A model generated the notes under the pieces. The model searched no databases. It saw nothing but the letters and a program-made list of their open reading frames with translations, and had not been told where the DNA came from. From the NCBI GenBank assembly GCA_965660545.1, contig CBFIAF010000002.1, positions 78,335 through 142,334 on the forward strand: a stretch of 64,000 nucleotides of DNA, given 5' to 3'. The stretch is from Alphaproteobacteria bacterium (GTDB lineage Bacteria > Pseudomonadota > Alphaproteobacteria > Bin95). A program made the position numbers and the translations under genes. Of this stretch, positions 42,340 to 51,288 are shown one piece after another. How positions within the stretch are numbered: the stretch's first letter is position 1; every line of letters begins with the position of its first letter.

Positions 42340-42783
42340 ATGACCTATCGGCCTTGGATGCCCCGCTTATTAAGGCTTGCTGGCGCTTTGATACTGGGTG
42401 GGCTGTCAGTCGCTCCTGCTTCGGCGCAGGATGCTACAAAATTCCCTGTTGAGCTTAATCGGTTAGAGCAAGACGGCCCCATCTGCCGGGTTTATCTGGT
42501 GGTAAACAATCCTGCAGAATCGGCCATTAAGGCTTTTAAGCTGGATCTCGTGTTCTTTGATAAGAGCGACATTATTCGTAACCGACTTTATGTCGAACTT
42601 GGACCGCTTATTCCTCGGAAAACCGCTGTACGCCTCTTTGATATGCCAGAGACGGATTGTTCCGTCATTGGATCAATTTTGGTAAATGATGTTGTGTTGT
42701 GCTCCAGTGCTGACGGTCAGGCGATGAACTGCCTTGCGCGCCTGGACCTTTCCTCGAAAGCCGATATTCCGCTGCGCTATTAG
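42340..42783 (+). CDS. Hypothetical secreted protein (predicted Sec signal peptide, four Cys in the mature part)
   Basis: 147 aa. N-terminus [38 protein letters not shown] ribosome-binding site lies upstream. No family recognised from sequence. Confidence 0.55.
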   Translation: MTYRPWMPRLLRLAGALILGGLSVAPASAQDATKFPVELNRLEQDGPICRVYLVVNNPAESAIKAFKLDLVFFDKSDIIRNRLYVELGPLIPRKTAVRLFDMPETDCSVIGSILVNDVVLCSSADGQAMNCLARLDLSSKADIPLRY

Positions 42784-43259
42784 AGCTTCGTTGGATTCGG
42801 TGCGTCACCGTAAACTTGTATCGGATCAAACACTTTCTTGGTTTCCTCAAACTTGAGAGCCACCGGGCCAGTTGCGCCGATTGGGGCCGACCGGTAGAAG
42901 CATGAACGATAACCGACATGGCAGCTGGCACCGCCATTTACGTTCACACGCAGCCAAACGCAGTCCTGATCGTCATCAATCCGGAATTCCCTCACGGTCT
43001 GCACTAAGCCGCTAGTGGCACCTTTATGCCATAGTTGCTGGCGACTGCGGCTGTAGTAATGTGCTTCGCCAATTTCGAGCGTTCGTTTGAAGGCCTCTGC
43101 ATTCATATAGCCATGCATCAGCACTTCACCGGATGCGAAATCCGTCGTGACGACCGGAATCAGGCCGTTATCATCAAATTTTGGCGCAAGCTCATTGCCC
43201 TCTTCCACTTGTTCGATGGTGCGGCGAGGGGAGAATAATTCGTCTGACATACTCGTCAA
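42780..43259 (-). CDS. hisI: Phosphoribosyl-AMP cyclohydrolase
   Basis: 159 aa. …[17 protein letters not shown]… and …[12 protein letters not shown]… Cys motifs. Confidence 0.88.
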   Translation of the reverse strand: MTSMSDELFSPRRTIEQVEEGNELAPKFDDNGLIPVVTTDFASGEVLMHGYMNAEAFKRTLEIGEAHYYSRSRQQLWHKGATSGLVQTVREFRIDDDQDCVWLRVNVNGGASCHVGYRSCFYRSAPIGATGPVALKFEETKKVFDPIQVYGDAPNPTKL

Positions 43260-43356
43260 AACCTTATGCGATATGTTGTCGGATCAGTTGGGGCTATACA
43301 TACTGTCCGAACGGCGTATTTCCAAGCTGTGTCGTTCCGAATCCTGAGGCTTACGT

Positions 43357-43818
43357 ATGACTGCGCCTGTATCTCCGCCAGAAGCTGAAAAATCAGATGT
43401 CGATCTGAGCGCAATAAATGGCGCTCAGCAAGAGATTGTTGATGAATTCGACCTGTTTGATGATTGGACGGATCGCTACCGCTACATCATCGATCTTGGC
43501 CGCGAGCTTGACCAATTGCCGGAGGATGCCCGGCCTGATGGGGCGCTGATCCGTGGCTGTCAGTCCCGCGTGTGGCTGACTTCGGGCAAAGAAGGCGGCG
43601 CGTTGACATTCAAAGTCGCTACAGACGCTGCCATTGTCGCTGGACTGATCGCGCTGGTGCTGCGTGTCTATAATGCGCGCACGCCGGGTGAAATTCTTGG
43701 AACCAGCCCATGGTTCATTGAGAAGATAGGCCTATCAGAACATCTCAGTCCGACACGCTCCAACGGCCTGCATGCTATGCTTGGCCAAATTCAGGAGATC
43801 GCGGGGAGGGCAGCATGA
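43357..43818 (+). CDS. sufE: SufE-family cysteine desulfuration (sulfur acceptor) protein
   Basis: 153 aa. …IRGCQSRVWL… contains the persulfide-acceptor Cys. Confidence 0.85.
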   Translation: MTAPVSPPEAEKSDVDLSAINGAQQEIVDEFDLFDDWTDRYRYIIDLGRELDQLPEDARPDGALIRGCQSRVWLTSGKEGGALTFKVATDAAIVAGLIALVLRVYNARTPGEILGTSPWFIEKIGLSEHLSPTRSNGLHAMLGQIQEIAGRAA

Positions 43819-44279
43819 GCAGGACCAATAGCGCTATGCGCGCGCTTTACAATGATAAGCTGATGGCTTTTGCCAATGATATTCCACTGCAGCAGCGCCT
43901 GGAGGAACCAGACGCGACTGTGCAACGCCGAAGTCCACTATGCGGTAGCCGCATTACTGTCGATCTGAAAGTGGAAGGCGGTAAAGTCGTTGACTATGGC
44001 CATGTCGTCCGTGCCTGTACCTTAGGGCAGGCTGCTGCGGCCATCATGGCGGGCCGCGTGATTGGCGAAGATACGGACGCGCTGCTGACGATAGCAGACG
44101 CCGTTCGAAAAATGCTACAGGACGGTGCATTGCCAAGCGCCGATCTCTGGCCGGAATTGCAAATGCTGGCCCCGGCGCATGAGTATAGATCGCGGCACGG
44201 CTCTGTGCTGCTGGCTTTTGAAGCCGTTGAAGACGCAATTCAATCCATTTCCCCAGGACAGGAACAATCTGTTGGCTGA
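43815..44279 (+). CDS. NifU/IscU-like N-terminal domain Fe-S assembly protein (degenerate: two of the three scaffold Cys positions recognisable)
   Basis: 154 aa. …SPLCGSRITVDLKV… and …VVRACTLGQAAAAIMAG… motifs. The third conserved Cys position appears to hold His (…RHGSVLL…). Coupled to sufE by a 4-nt overlap. Confidence 0.6.
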   Translation: MSRTNSAMRALYNDKLMAFANDIPLQQRLEEPDATVQRRSPLCGSRITVDLKVEGGKVVDYGHVVRACTLGQAAAAIMAGRVIGEDTDALLTIADAVRKMLQDGALPSADLWPELQMLAPAHEYRSRHGSVLLAFEAVEDAIQSISPGQEQSVG

Positions 44280-45624
44280 GCAATTCGATCAGGTTATCCA
44301 ATCTGGCTGTCTAGTTACGCCCGGCGGGGTAGCTGAAGGCGATGTTGGCGTGCGCGACGGGCAAATTCGTGGCTTTGGCGCTCCGGGCAGCCTAAGTGGC
44401 GCTGAAGTGATTGACGCCAAGGGGCTGCATGTCCTGCCAGGCGTTATCGATACCCAGGTGCATTTCCGAGAGCCAGGTGGCGAGCACAAGGAAGACCTGG
44501 CATCAGGCGCAGCTGCAGCGGCGCTTGGTGGGGTTACGGGCGTATTCGAAATGCCGAACACCAACCCCTCCACCGATAATGTGGACGACATGCAGGACAA
44601 GCTTGACCGTGCAGCTGGCCGTATGTGGGTGGAGCACGCGTTCTATGCGGGTGCTACCAACCGGAACCTTGAGAATTTGGCAGAGCTTGAGAAGTTGGCA
44701 GGGTGCTGCGGCATCAAGATTTTCATGGGCAGTTCCACAGGCGGGCTACTGCTGGAAGATCCTAATGATCTCGTTCGCGCCATGCAGAATGGCCATCGCC
44801 GCGTTGCCGTCCATTGCGAGGATGAGCCACGTCTGCGGGAGCGGAAAGCACTGGCCGAAGCCGAAGGGCATCCACGTGCTCACCCGGTTTGGCGGGATGA
44901 GCAGACGGCGCTGATTGCGACGATACGGCTGGTGAATGCAGCCCGCGACGCAGGGCGCAAGGTTCATGTGCTGCATGTGACTACAGCGGACGAGATGGCG
45001 TATCTGTCTGACCACAAAGATGTGGCGACGGTTGAAACGACACCGAACCACCTCACGATGTTCGCGCCTGATTGCTATGAACGCCTTGGCGCTTTCGCTC
45101 AGATGAACCCGCCCGTGCGTGAAAAACATCACCAGGAAGCAATCTGGCAGGCGATCAATGACGGTGTAGTCGATATCCTCGGCTCCGACCATGCGCCGCA
45201 TACGCGCGAAGAGAAGATGAAGCCTTATCCGAACACGCCGTCTGGTATGCCCGGCGTGCAAACGCTGGTTTCCGTCATGCTGACCCATGTGAATGATGGC
45301 AAGCTCAGCCTGCAGCGGTTCGTTGATCTGGTGAGCCACGGTCCGAACCGGGCGTTCGGTATTGTCCGCAAAGGCCGCATTATTAAAGGCTATGATGCTG
45401 ATTTCACGTTGGTGGATATGAAATCGAACTGGGAAATCACGGATGACTGGATCGCAAGCAAAGCCGGTTGGACGCCCTATGCGGGTTTCAAGGCCAGCGC
45501 TAAGCCGGTCGCGACCATCATTCGTGGTAATAGCGTTATGCGCGATGGCGCATTGCAGGGCGATCCTTTAGGCCAACCAATGAAGTTCTACGATACGCTG
45601 CTGGCGGGGGCCCGAACGCAATGA
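44272..45624 (+). CDS. Cyclic amidohydrolase of the dihydroorotase/allantoinase/hydantoinase family
   Basis: VIDTQVHFREPGGEHKEDL… and …FEMPNTNP… metal-binding motifs and …GSDHAPH…. The track ORF 44125 overlaps the upstream gene by 155 nt. The TTG at 44272, preceded by AGGA, gives the family-typical N-terminus …FDQVIQSGCLVTPGG… (451 aa). Confidence 0.75.
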   Translation: MAEQFDQVIQSGCLVTPGGVAEGDVGVRDGQIRGFGAPGSLSGAEVIDAKGLHVLPGVIDTQVHFREPGGEHKEDLASGAAAAALGGVTGVFEMPNTNPSTDNVDDMQDKLDRAAGRMWVEHAFYAGATNRNLENLAELEKLAGCCGIKIFMGSSTGGLLLEDPNDLVRAMQNGHRRVAVHCEDEPRLRERKALAEAEGHPRAHPVWRDEQTALIATIRLVNAARDAGRKVHVLHVTTADEMAYLSDHKDVATVETTPNHLTMFAPDCYERLGAFAQMNPPVREKHHQEAIWQAINDGVVDILGSDHAPHTREEKMKPYPNTPSGMPGVQTLVSVMLTHVNDGKLSLQRFVDLVSHGPNRAFGIVRKGRIIKGYDADFTLVDMKSNWEITDDWIASKAGWTPYAGFKASAKPVATIIRGNSVMRDGALQGDPLGQPMKFYDTLLAGARTQ

Positions 45625-46616
45625 TCATTGATTGCCACGCGCACTACGCGCCAGAGCTTATGTTTGAGCGCCTCGATAAGGTGATCGACAAGTTTCCGTC
45701 AATTGAATTGTTTGCGAGTGAGGGCAAGTATCGCCTGTCATTTATGCAGCGCGCGCCAACCCGCCCCGTTATGCCCCGCCTGCGTGAAACCGATGAGCGG
45801 CATAAGTGGATGGAACGCGAAAAGCTGGATGCCCAAGTTGTCGGCGGATGGCTGGATGCGTTTGGCTATGAGCTTCCAGCCGACGAAGGTGAGGCCTGGG
45901 CGAAGTTCACAAATGACGTGCTAATGGAATCTGCCAGCAAGGACGATGCACTTTTCCCGCTTTGCACAGTTCCTTTGCAGGATGGCGATCGTGCAGCCCG
46001 CGTGCTTGAATCAGCCATTAAAGACGGCTTCAAAGGCGTTATGATCGGCACGCAGCCATCAGGCGTTGGCATGGGGCTGGAAGCAGGGTTGGATGATGCG
46101 CAATTGGAGCCGTTTTGGGCTGCTGCGTCTGACCTTGAAGCTGCAGTCTTTATCCATCCGGAATATGACACCATCGATAAGCGCGTCACCGGCTATGACA
46201 TGGTGAATGCCGTAGCCCGTATTAATGACCTCTCTACGGGAATTGCGCGGCTGCTTTTTGGCGGCGTGTTGTCGAAGAACCCTGGTGCCAAGGTCGTTGC
46301 GGCGACAGGCGGAGCGGCGTTGCCTTATGCGCTTGGCCGTTTGATGCGGCATTATGATCTGCACAAAGAGACTTGCGCTGACCCATCGACTGAATTCCAA
46401 CTCATGTATTTCGACACCATTGTGTTCGAGCCATCGACATTGGATTTCCTTGTTAGCAAGGTCGGGGCGGACAAAATTATGCTCGGCTCTGACTGGCCGT
46501 TCCCGATTGGCGATTTTCAGCCGACTAAGGTAGTTAAAGGCGCAAGCCTAACAGCTGCTGATAAGGCCGGTATTCTGGGCGGTAACGCTCGACGCGTATT
46601 TGGATTGGATGCCTAA
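45621..46616 (+). CDS. Amidohydrolase-2 (ACMSD/LigW/LigJ-like) family protein
   Basis: 331 aa. MIIDCHAHYAP… and …IMLGSDWPFP… motifs of PF04909-type metal-dependent decarboxylases/hydratases. Confidence 0.75.
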   Translation: MIIDCHAHYAPELMFERLDKVIDKFPSIELFASEGKYRLSFMQRAPTRPVMPRLRETDERHKWMEREKLDAQVVGGWLDAFGYELPADEGEAWAKFTNDVLMESASKDDALFPLCTVPLQDGDRAARVLESAIKDGFKGVMIGTQPSGVGMGLEAGLDDAQLEPFWAAASDLEAAVFIHPEYDTIDKRVTGYDMVNAVARINDLSTGIARLLFGGVLSKNPGAKVVAATGGAALPYALGRLMRHYDLHKETCADPSTEFQLMYFDTIVFEPSTLDFLVSKVGADKIMLGSDWPFPIGDFQPTKVVKGASLTAADKAGILGGNARRVFGLDA

Positions 46617-47800
46617 TGGTAGAGACAGCGGAAACGATCAGCGCCCGCGCACGAATTCTGCTGACGGACCTCGTTGGGTTCAACACGATCAGCCATCTCT
46701 CCAACTTGGAGCTGATTGAATATATTGAACGGTACTTCGCCGATCTCGGGATCGCGACCGAGCGCGTTTATAACGAGGCCGGCAACAAAGCGAACCTGTT
46801 CGCAACCATCGGGCCGCCCGTTGATGGCGGCTTGATCCTTTCCGGCCATGTCGACGTGGTGCCGGTCGAAGGACAGGCGTGGACTGATGACCCGTTCAAT
46901 CTGGTGGAACGCGACGATAAGCTGTTCGGGCGGGGTTCCTGCGATATGAAAGGCTTTGTGGCATTAGCGTTGGCCTCTGCACCTGCTTTCCAGGCTGCGA
47001 ATCTGGCCTCACCAATTCATTACGCTATCTCATATGACGAAGAAGTTGGCTGTTTGGGAGTTCGTGGCTTAATTGATGGGCTGAACCGCAAGACCATGAA
47101 TCCTGCCATGTGCATCGTTGGCGAGCCGACAAGCATGCAGCCAGTGACTGCTCATAAAGGCAAATGGAGCTACAAAGGCATCGTTACCGGCCTTGAGTGT
47201 CATTCTAGCTTGGCACCACAGGGCGTGAATGCGGTCGAGTATGCATCGGAAGCCATCGTATTTTTGCGCAAGCTGATGCGTAATAAAATTACGTCTGGCG
47301 CGCGGGATGAGATGTTCGATATGCCTCATACAACAGTGCATACGGGTGTCATCAACGGCGGTTCGGCTGTGAACATTGTTCCGAACAAATGTGAGTTTGA
47401 TTTTGAGTTCCGCTATGTGCCGGCGGATAATCCGGCGGATATCATGACGCAGCTCACGGATTACATCCGCAACGAGCTTGAGCCGCAGATGAAAGCCGTA
47501 TCTGCTAAATGTGGGTTTGAGTTGATCAAACGTTCCGTTATTCCAGGCCTTGAGATTGATCCGGGCCATGAGGTCGTCCGCTTGGCTAAAAGCTGCGCTG
47601 AGCGTAATGATCATGGCAAGGTCGCCTATGGCACAGAAGCCGGGCTTTTTCAGGAAATGGGCGAGATACCAACGGTCGTCTGTGGACCTGGAGATATCGC
47701 CCAGGCCCATAGACCAGATGAATTCCTGGCGCTGGAACAATTGGCGAAGGGTGGCCAGTTCTTTGAGCGCCTAGTTAACCGATGGAGCGCGGCTGCATAA
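46616..47800 (+). CDS. M20-family metallopeptidase, acetylornithine deacetylase (ArgE)-like
   Basis: 394 aa. …SGHVDVVPVEGQAWTDDPFNLVERDDKLFGRGSCDMKGF… M20 signature. Confidence 0.78.
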   Translation: MVETAETISARARILLTDLVGFNTISHLSNLELIEYIERYFADLGIATERVYNEAGNKANLFATIGPPVDGGLILSGHVDVVPVEGQAWTDDPFNLVERDDKLFGRGSCDMKGFVALALASAPAFQAANLASPIHYAISYDEEVGCLGVRGLIDGLNRKTMNPAMCIVGEPTSMQPVTAHKGKWSYKGIVTGLECHSSLAPQGVNAVEYASEAIVFLRKLMRNKITSGARDEMFDMPHTTVHTGVINGGSAVNIVPNKCEFDFEFRYVPADNPADIMTQLTDYIRNELEPQMKAVSAKCGFELIKRSVIPGLEIDPGHEVVRLAKSCAERNDHGKVAYGTEAGLFQEMGEIPTVVCGPGDIAQAHRPDEFLALEQLAKGGQFFERLVNRWSAAA

Positions 47801-47824
47801 GGCTGCAGAGCAAGGAACAGTCTT

Positions 47825-48520
47825 ATGATCACAGACAAGATTTATGATCCGCTGCCTGAGGGCTCGCAGCCAAAATACAAAACGGCAGGCTACTTCCGGA
47901 CAGGGACACTGGCCCCGGGCGGACAGATGCCGCCGCTGCGCACGCTGACAGAACTCACTGGCCCGCGTTTTGAGGCGTCTCCGCCAGTCGATCAGAACCT
48001 TGTCGCTGGCGTTGACGGCCTCGCCATTGGGCAGCTTATTCGTGTCGTAGTTCGGGTTGTTGATGAGGATGATCGTCCGCAGCCGGGCGCGCTGATTGAG
48101 CTTTGGCAAGCCAACGCCACGGGTAAGTATCAGCATCCAGTTGATCAGCGGAAAGCGCCAATTGATGGCAATTTCCGTTCCTGGGGCAGGGGGCTTGCTG
48201 ACGATAAGGGCGAAGTGGTGTTCTTGACAATCCGTCCCGGAGCTTACCCTGTACCGAATACAGACGGCTGGTGGCGTCCGCCGCACATCCATGTCTCAGC
48301 CTATGGCTCAAGCTTCGTCTCGCGATTGGTGACGCAGGTGTATTTCCCAGGCGACCCGTTGAATGACCTCGATGCGATTTTGCAAGGCGTGCCGGACCCA
48401 AAGGCACGTGAACGGCTGATGCTCGTCCCCGACGAAAGTGCTGGATTGCATGAAGAAGCGCTTGGCTATCGCTTTGACTTGGTGTTGCGCGGACGGACGG
48501 CGACGCCTTTGGAGAACTAA
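47825..48520 (+). CDS. pcaH: Protocatechuate 3,4-dioxygenase beta subunit (intradiol dioxygenase)
   Basis: 231 aa. …ELWQANATGKYQH…WRPPHIHVSAYG…YRFDLVLRG…. Confidence 0.85.
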   Translation: MITDKIYDPLPEGSQPKYKTAGYFRTGTLAPGGQMPPLRTLTELTGPRFEASPPVDQNLVAGVDGLAIGQLIRVVVRVVDEDDRPQPGALIELWQANATGKYQHPVDQRKAPIDGNFRSWGRGLADDKGEVVFLTIRPGAYPVPNTDGWWRPPHIHVSAYGSSFVSRLVTQVYFPGDPLNDLDAILQGVPDPKARERLMLVPDESAGLHEEALGYRFDLVLRGRTATPLEN

Positions 48521-48523
48521 GTC

Positions 48524-49072
48524 ATGGCGCGCATTCCAACAGCTTCACAGACACTCGGGCCGTTCTACTCCTACGAATTTGTGCGGGAGGACGATAGCGT
48601 CATCGCGACCTCCAAAGCCGCTGGTCAACATGTAACGCTCAAAGGCCGTCTGATGGATAAGAACGGCGGTCCCGTCCGTGAAGGACTTGTTGAGGTCTGG
48701 CAGGCAGATGCTGAAGGCCGCTATTCGGTCCATGACCCGGCGGCTGACCCTGAAGTTCGTGGATTCGGCCGTTGTTTAACTGACATTGACGGCAACTTTG
48801 CGTTTCAGACCATTATTCCCGGTGCGACACCCTCAGGCGGCAATAGCCTGCAGGCACCACACTTCGCTGTGAACGTGTTCGCATCCGGCCTGATGCGTCA
48901 TGTCACGACAAGAATCTACGCTCCCGGCAGCGGCATTAGTGATTGTTTTTTGGATGGCCTGCCGGAAGCAGCGAAAGCGCTCATGCTGGCGCGTGCAATT
49001 GATGGCGAGGACGTGCTTGAAGCTGATATTCGGCTTGGGGATGAAGGTGGCACGCCGTCGTTTGAGGACTAG
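48524..49072 (+). CDS. pcaG: Protocatechuate 3,4-dioxygenase alpha subunit
   Basis: 182 aa. …TLGPFYSYEF…VEVWQADAEGRY…APHFAVNVFASG… Follows pcaH after a 3-nt gap. Confidence 0.8.
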   Translation: MARIPTASQTLGPFYSYEFVREDDSVIATSKAAGQHVTLKGRLMDKNGGPVREGLVEVWQADAEGRYSVHDPAADPEVRGFGRCLTDIDGNFAFQTIIPGATPSGGNSLQAPHFAVNVFASGLMRHVTTRIYAPGSGISDCFLDGLPEAAKALMLARAIDGEDVLEADIRLGDEGGTPSFED

Positions 49073-49155
49073 GTTGCGTGGCACTTCTCGGCGTTTGCTG
49101 CGCAAAAGCCTGCCGGTCTACTGATAGCTTCGGTCGTTCGCAGGGCGAGGGCCGC

Positions 49156-49231
49156 TGGTGACCCCAACGGGACTCGAACCCGTGTTTTCGGCGTGAGAGG
49201 CCGACGTCCTAGACCGCTAGACGATGGGGCC
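49156..49231 (-). tRNA. tRNA-Glu (anticodon CUC), 76 nt with encoded CCA
   Basis: The reverse complement is GGCCCCATCGTCTAGCGGTCTAGGACGTCGGCCTCTCACGCCGAAAACACGGGTTCGAGTCCCGTTGGGGTCACCA. It forms a cloverleaf with a 7-bp acceptor stem, anticodon loop CU-CUC-AC and a GTTCGAG T-loop, and is nearly collinear with E. coli tRNA-Glu. Confidence 0.9.
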
Positions 49232-49408
49232 GGTCAAGCGAGGATTTCTTATGGCGGAAAGCCAGAATAGGCGCAAGAGGAGTTACTGCTCGGACGCAGT
49301 ATCGCTTTCGTGTATTAATTCGCAAAATCAATGGTTACGTTCCGTTAAATATTCGGCGCTAGCGTCTCCTTAACAGGTCAGAAGTATAACATTTCGGTTC
49401 AGGCTATT

Positions 49409-49786
49409 GTGACCAAGGTGGCATCGAAAACGATCCTTATTAGTAAGGACAAACCATTGAATATGAAGCTTTTCAATGATGTTCTCGAAAGCAGTGGTTA
49501 CAGAACACTGAAAACCAACGATGGGCACCAAGCAATAGCGATTGCCCGGGATGACCGCCCAGATCTGATTCTTATGGATATCCAGCTTCGGGAAGTGTCA
49601 GGACTGGAGGTGACGAAATGGATTAAGGACGACGAAATCTCTTGCGATATTTCTATTATTGCCGTGACTGCATTGGCTATGAAAGACGATGAGAAACGTA
49701 TCCGGCGAGGCGGGTGCGAGAGGTACATCTCGAAGCCAATTTCTATCGTGACATTTTTGGAAACGGTCACTCAACAGATCGGGTGA
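49409..49786 (+). CDS. divK: Single-domain response regulator DivK (cell-cycle)
   Basis: 125 aa with a GTG start. Strong similarity to Caulobacter DivK as I recall it (…LNMKLF…[10 protein letters not shown]…[10 protein letters not shown]…AVTA…AMK…DEERIR.GGCE.YISKPIS…FLET…). Immediately followed by pleD. Confidence 0.85.
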   Translation: MTKVASKTILISKDKPLNMKLFNDVLESSGYRTLKTNDGHQAIAIARDDRPDLILMDIQLREVSGLEVTKWIKDDEISCDISIIAVTALAMKDDEKRIRRGGCERYISKPISIVTFLETVTQQIG

Positions 49787-49803
49787 TCGACTGGAGTCTG
49801 CTA

Positions 49804-51201
49804 ATGACCGGCCGCGTCCTAGTTGTAGATGACATACCTATTAACCAGCGCCTTTTGGCGGCGCGGTTGACGGCTGAATATTATGAAGTCCGGTGCGCGG
49901 GCAGCGGCGTTGAAGCGCTTGAGATGATGGCGACTGAGCAGCCGGATGTCGTGCTGCTGGATGTAATGATGCCGGGTATGACCGGCTTTGAAGTTTGCGA
50001 AAAGATCAAAGAGAGCCCAACATTTGGCCACGTGCCGGTGGTTATGGTGACGGCGCTCAACTCTATTGAAGACCGTGTTCGTGGCTTAGAGGCCGGTGCA
50101 GACGAATTTCTGTCGAAGCCGGTTAACGACTTGGCGCTGCTCACACGTGTGCGCGCATTGACGCGCCTGAAGCGCATTTTAGATGAGCTGAAATTGCGTG
50201 AAGCCACCGAAGATGAACTTGGCATCAAAGATTCTATTGCTGAAGTTTCGGGCGATGAGGCGACTTGGGTCGCGATTGACCTGCCCGCAAGCGATATCGA
50301 AGCGATGGAAGATGCAGCCCATATATGCTGCAGCCGACTGGTTGTGGCTGCGGACCAGGATGAAGCCACGCAGATAATAGCTTCTGGCGATGCAGAACTG
50401 ATCGCTCTTGAAGTCTCTGGTCCAGTTGATGGGCTGCGCGTTTGCTCACAACTGCGGGCGCGACCCGATACCCGCCATATTCCCATCCTGCTTATTGGCA
50501 ATTCCTGGGAAACTGAAGCGCTTTATAAAGGCATGGAGCTTGGTGCCAGCGACTATACATTCCGCCCTGTTGACCATGCTGAAATGGTTGCGCGCATTCG
50601 CCTTCAGATCAAACGGCATCGCTTCCATGAACGCCTTCGCGATCAACATCGCCAAAACCGTGATACGGCGACGCGTGATCCACTGACCGGGGTCTTCAAC
50701 CGCCGTTACTTCAATGACCATTTCGCACGCCTGCTTCGCCATGGAGTGGAACACAATCAGCCTGTATCGCTGATTTTGGCTGATATCGACCGCTTCAAAG
50801 CCGTCAATGATACCTACGGCCATTCTGCCGGTGACGCTGTATTGAAAGACTTTGTGGTCCGGCTTGGCATCTGTACACGAGCCACTGATTTGATCGCCCG
50901 TCTCGGGGGAGAAGAATTCGCCGTTGTGGCACCAGACGCAGAAGAAGGCATAGCGAGCCGGATTGCTGAACGCCTGCGCGCGTCAATTGCCGATGAGACC
51001 TTTGATATTGGGGGTGAGAGCCAGCTCAAAATGACGTCCTCATTCGGCGTCGCTACAGCAACGCCACAGGATAGTATGGAAACACTGCTTGCTCGCGCTG
51101 ACGGTGCGCTCTACCAGGCGAAAACATCTGGTAGGAACCAAGTCGTATTCGCGGCTGAGCCCGAGGACGAGCCCGACCAAGTTTCCGCCAAAAGTTTCTA
51201 A
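49804..51201 (+). CDS. pleD: Response regulator diguanylate cyclase PleD (REC-REC-GGDEF)
   Basis: The first receiver domain resembles PleD (…VLVVDDIPINQRLLAARLTAEYYEV…VVLLDVMMPGMTGFEV…). A second, degenerate receiver follows. The GGDEF domain carries an I-site RATD and an active site LGGEEFAV. The track ORF 49714 has an N-terminal extension overlapping divK; ATG 49804 gives the start MTGRVLVVDD. Confidence 0.88.
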   Translation: MTGRVLVVDDIPINQRLLAARLTAEYYEVRCAGSGVEALEMMATEQPDVVLLDVMMPGMTGFEVCEKIKESPTFGHVPVVMVTALNSIEDRVRGLEAGADEFLSKPVNDLALLTRVRALTRLKRILDELKLREATEDELGIKDSIAEVSGDEATWVAIDLPASDIEAMEDAAHICCSRLVVAADQDEATQIIASGDAELIALEVSGPVDGLRVCSQLRARPDTRHIPILLIGNSWETEALYKGMELGASDYTFRPVDHAEMVARIRLQIKRHRFHERLRDQHRQNRDTATRDPLTGVFNRRYFNDHFARLLRHGVEHNQPVSLILADIDRFKAVNDTYGHSAGDAVLKDFVVRLGICTRATDLIARLGGEEFAVVAPDAEEGIASRIAERLRASIADETFDIGGESQLKMTSSFGVATATPQDSMETLLARADGALYQAKTSGRNQVVFAAEPEDEPDQVSAKSF

Positions 51202-51288
51202 ACCGCATTCTCTGTTTATCGGCCCTTGCTCGGGTGGCCGGTTCGTTGTTGTATTTAGCTGAATCAATCATTGACGGAATCGCTCGCC

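Noticed and set aside
44000-49160. Classical tRNA-integrated genomic island downstream of tRNA-Glu
   Set aside because: No integrase or recombinase, no direct repeat of the tRNA 3' end found by eye, and the genes are translationally coupled to the core-like sufE/NifU pair. Kept only as a low-interest observation.
49232-49408. CtrA box (TTAA-N7-TTAA) upstream of divK
   Set aside because: Only isolated TTAA half-sites were seen (e.g. …gttaaatattcgg…, …ccttaacagg…), with no correctly spaced pair. I cannot support a CtrA site without a matrix scan.
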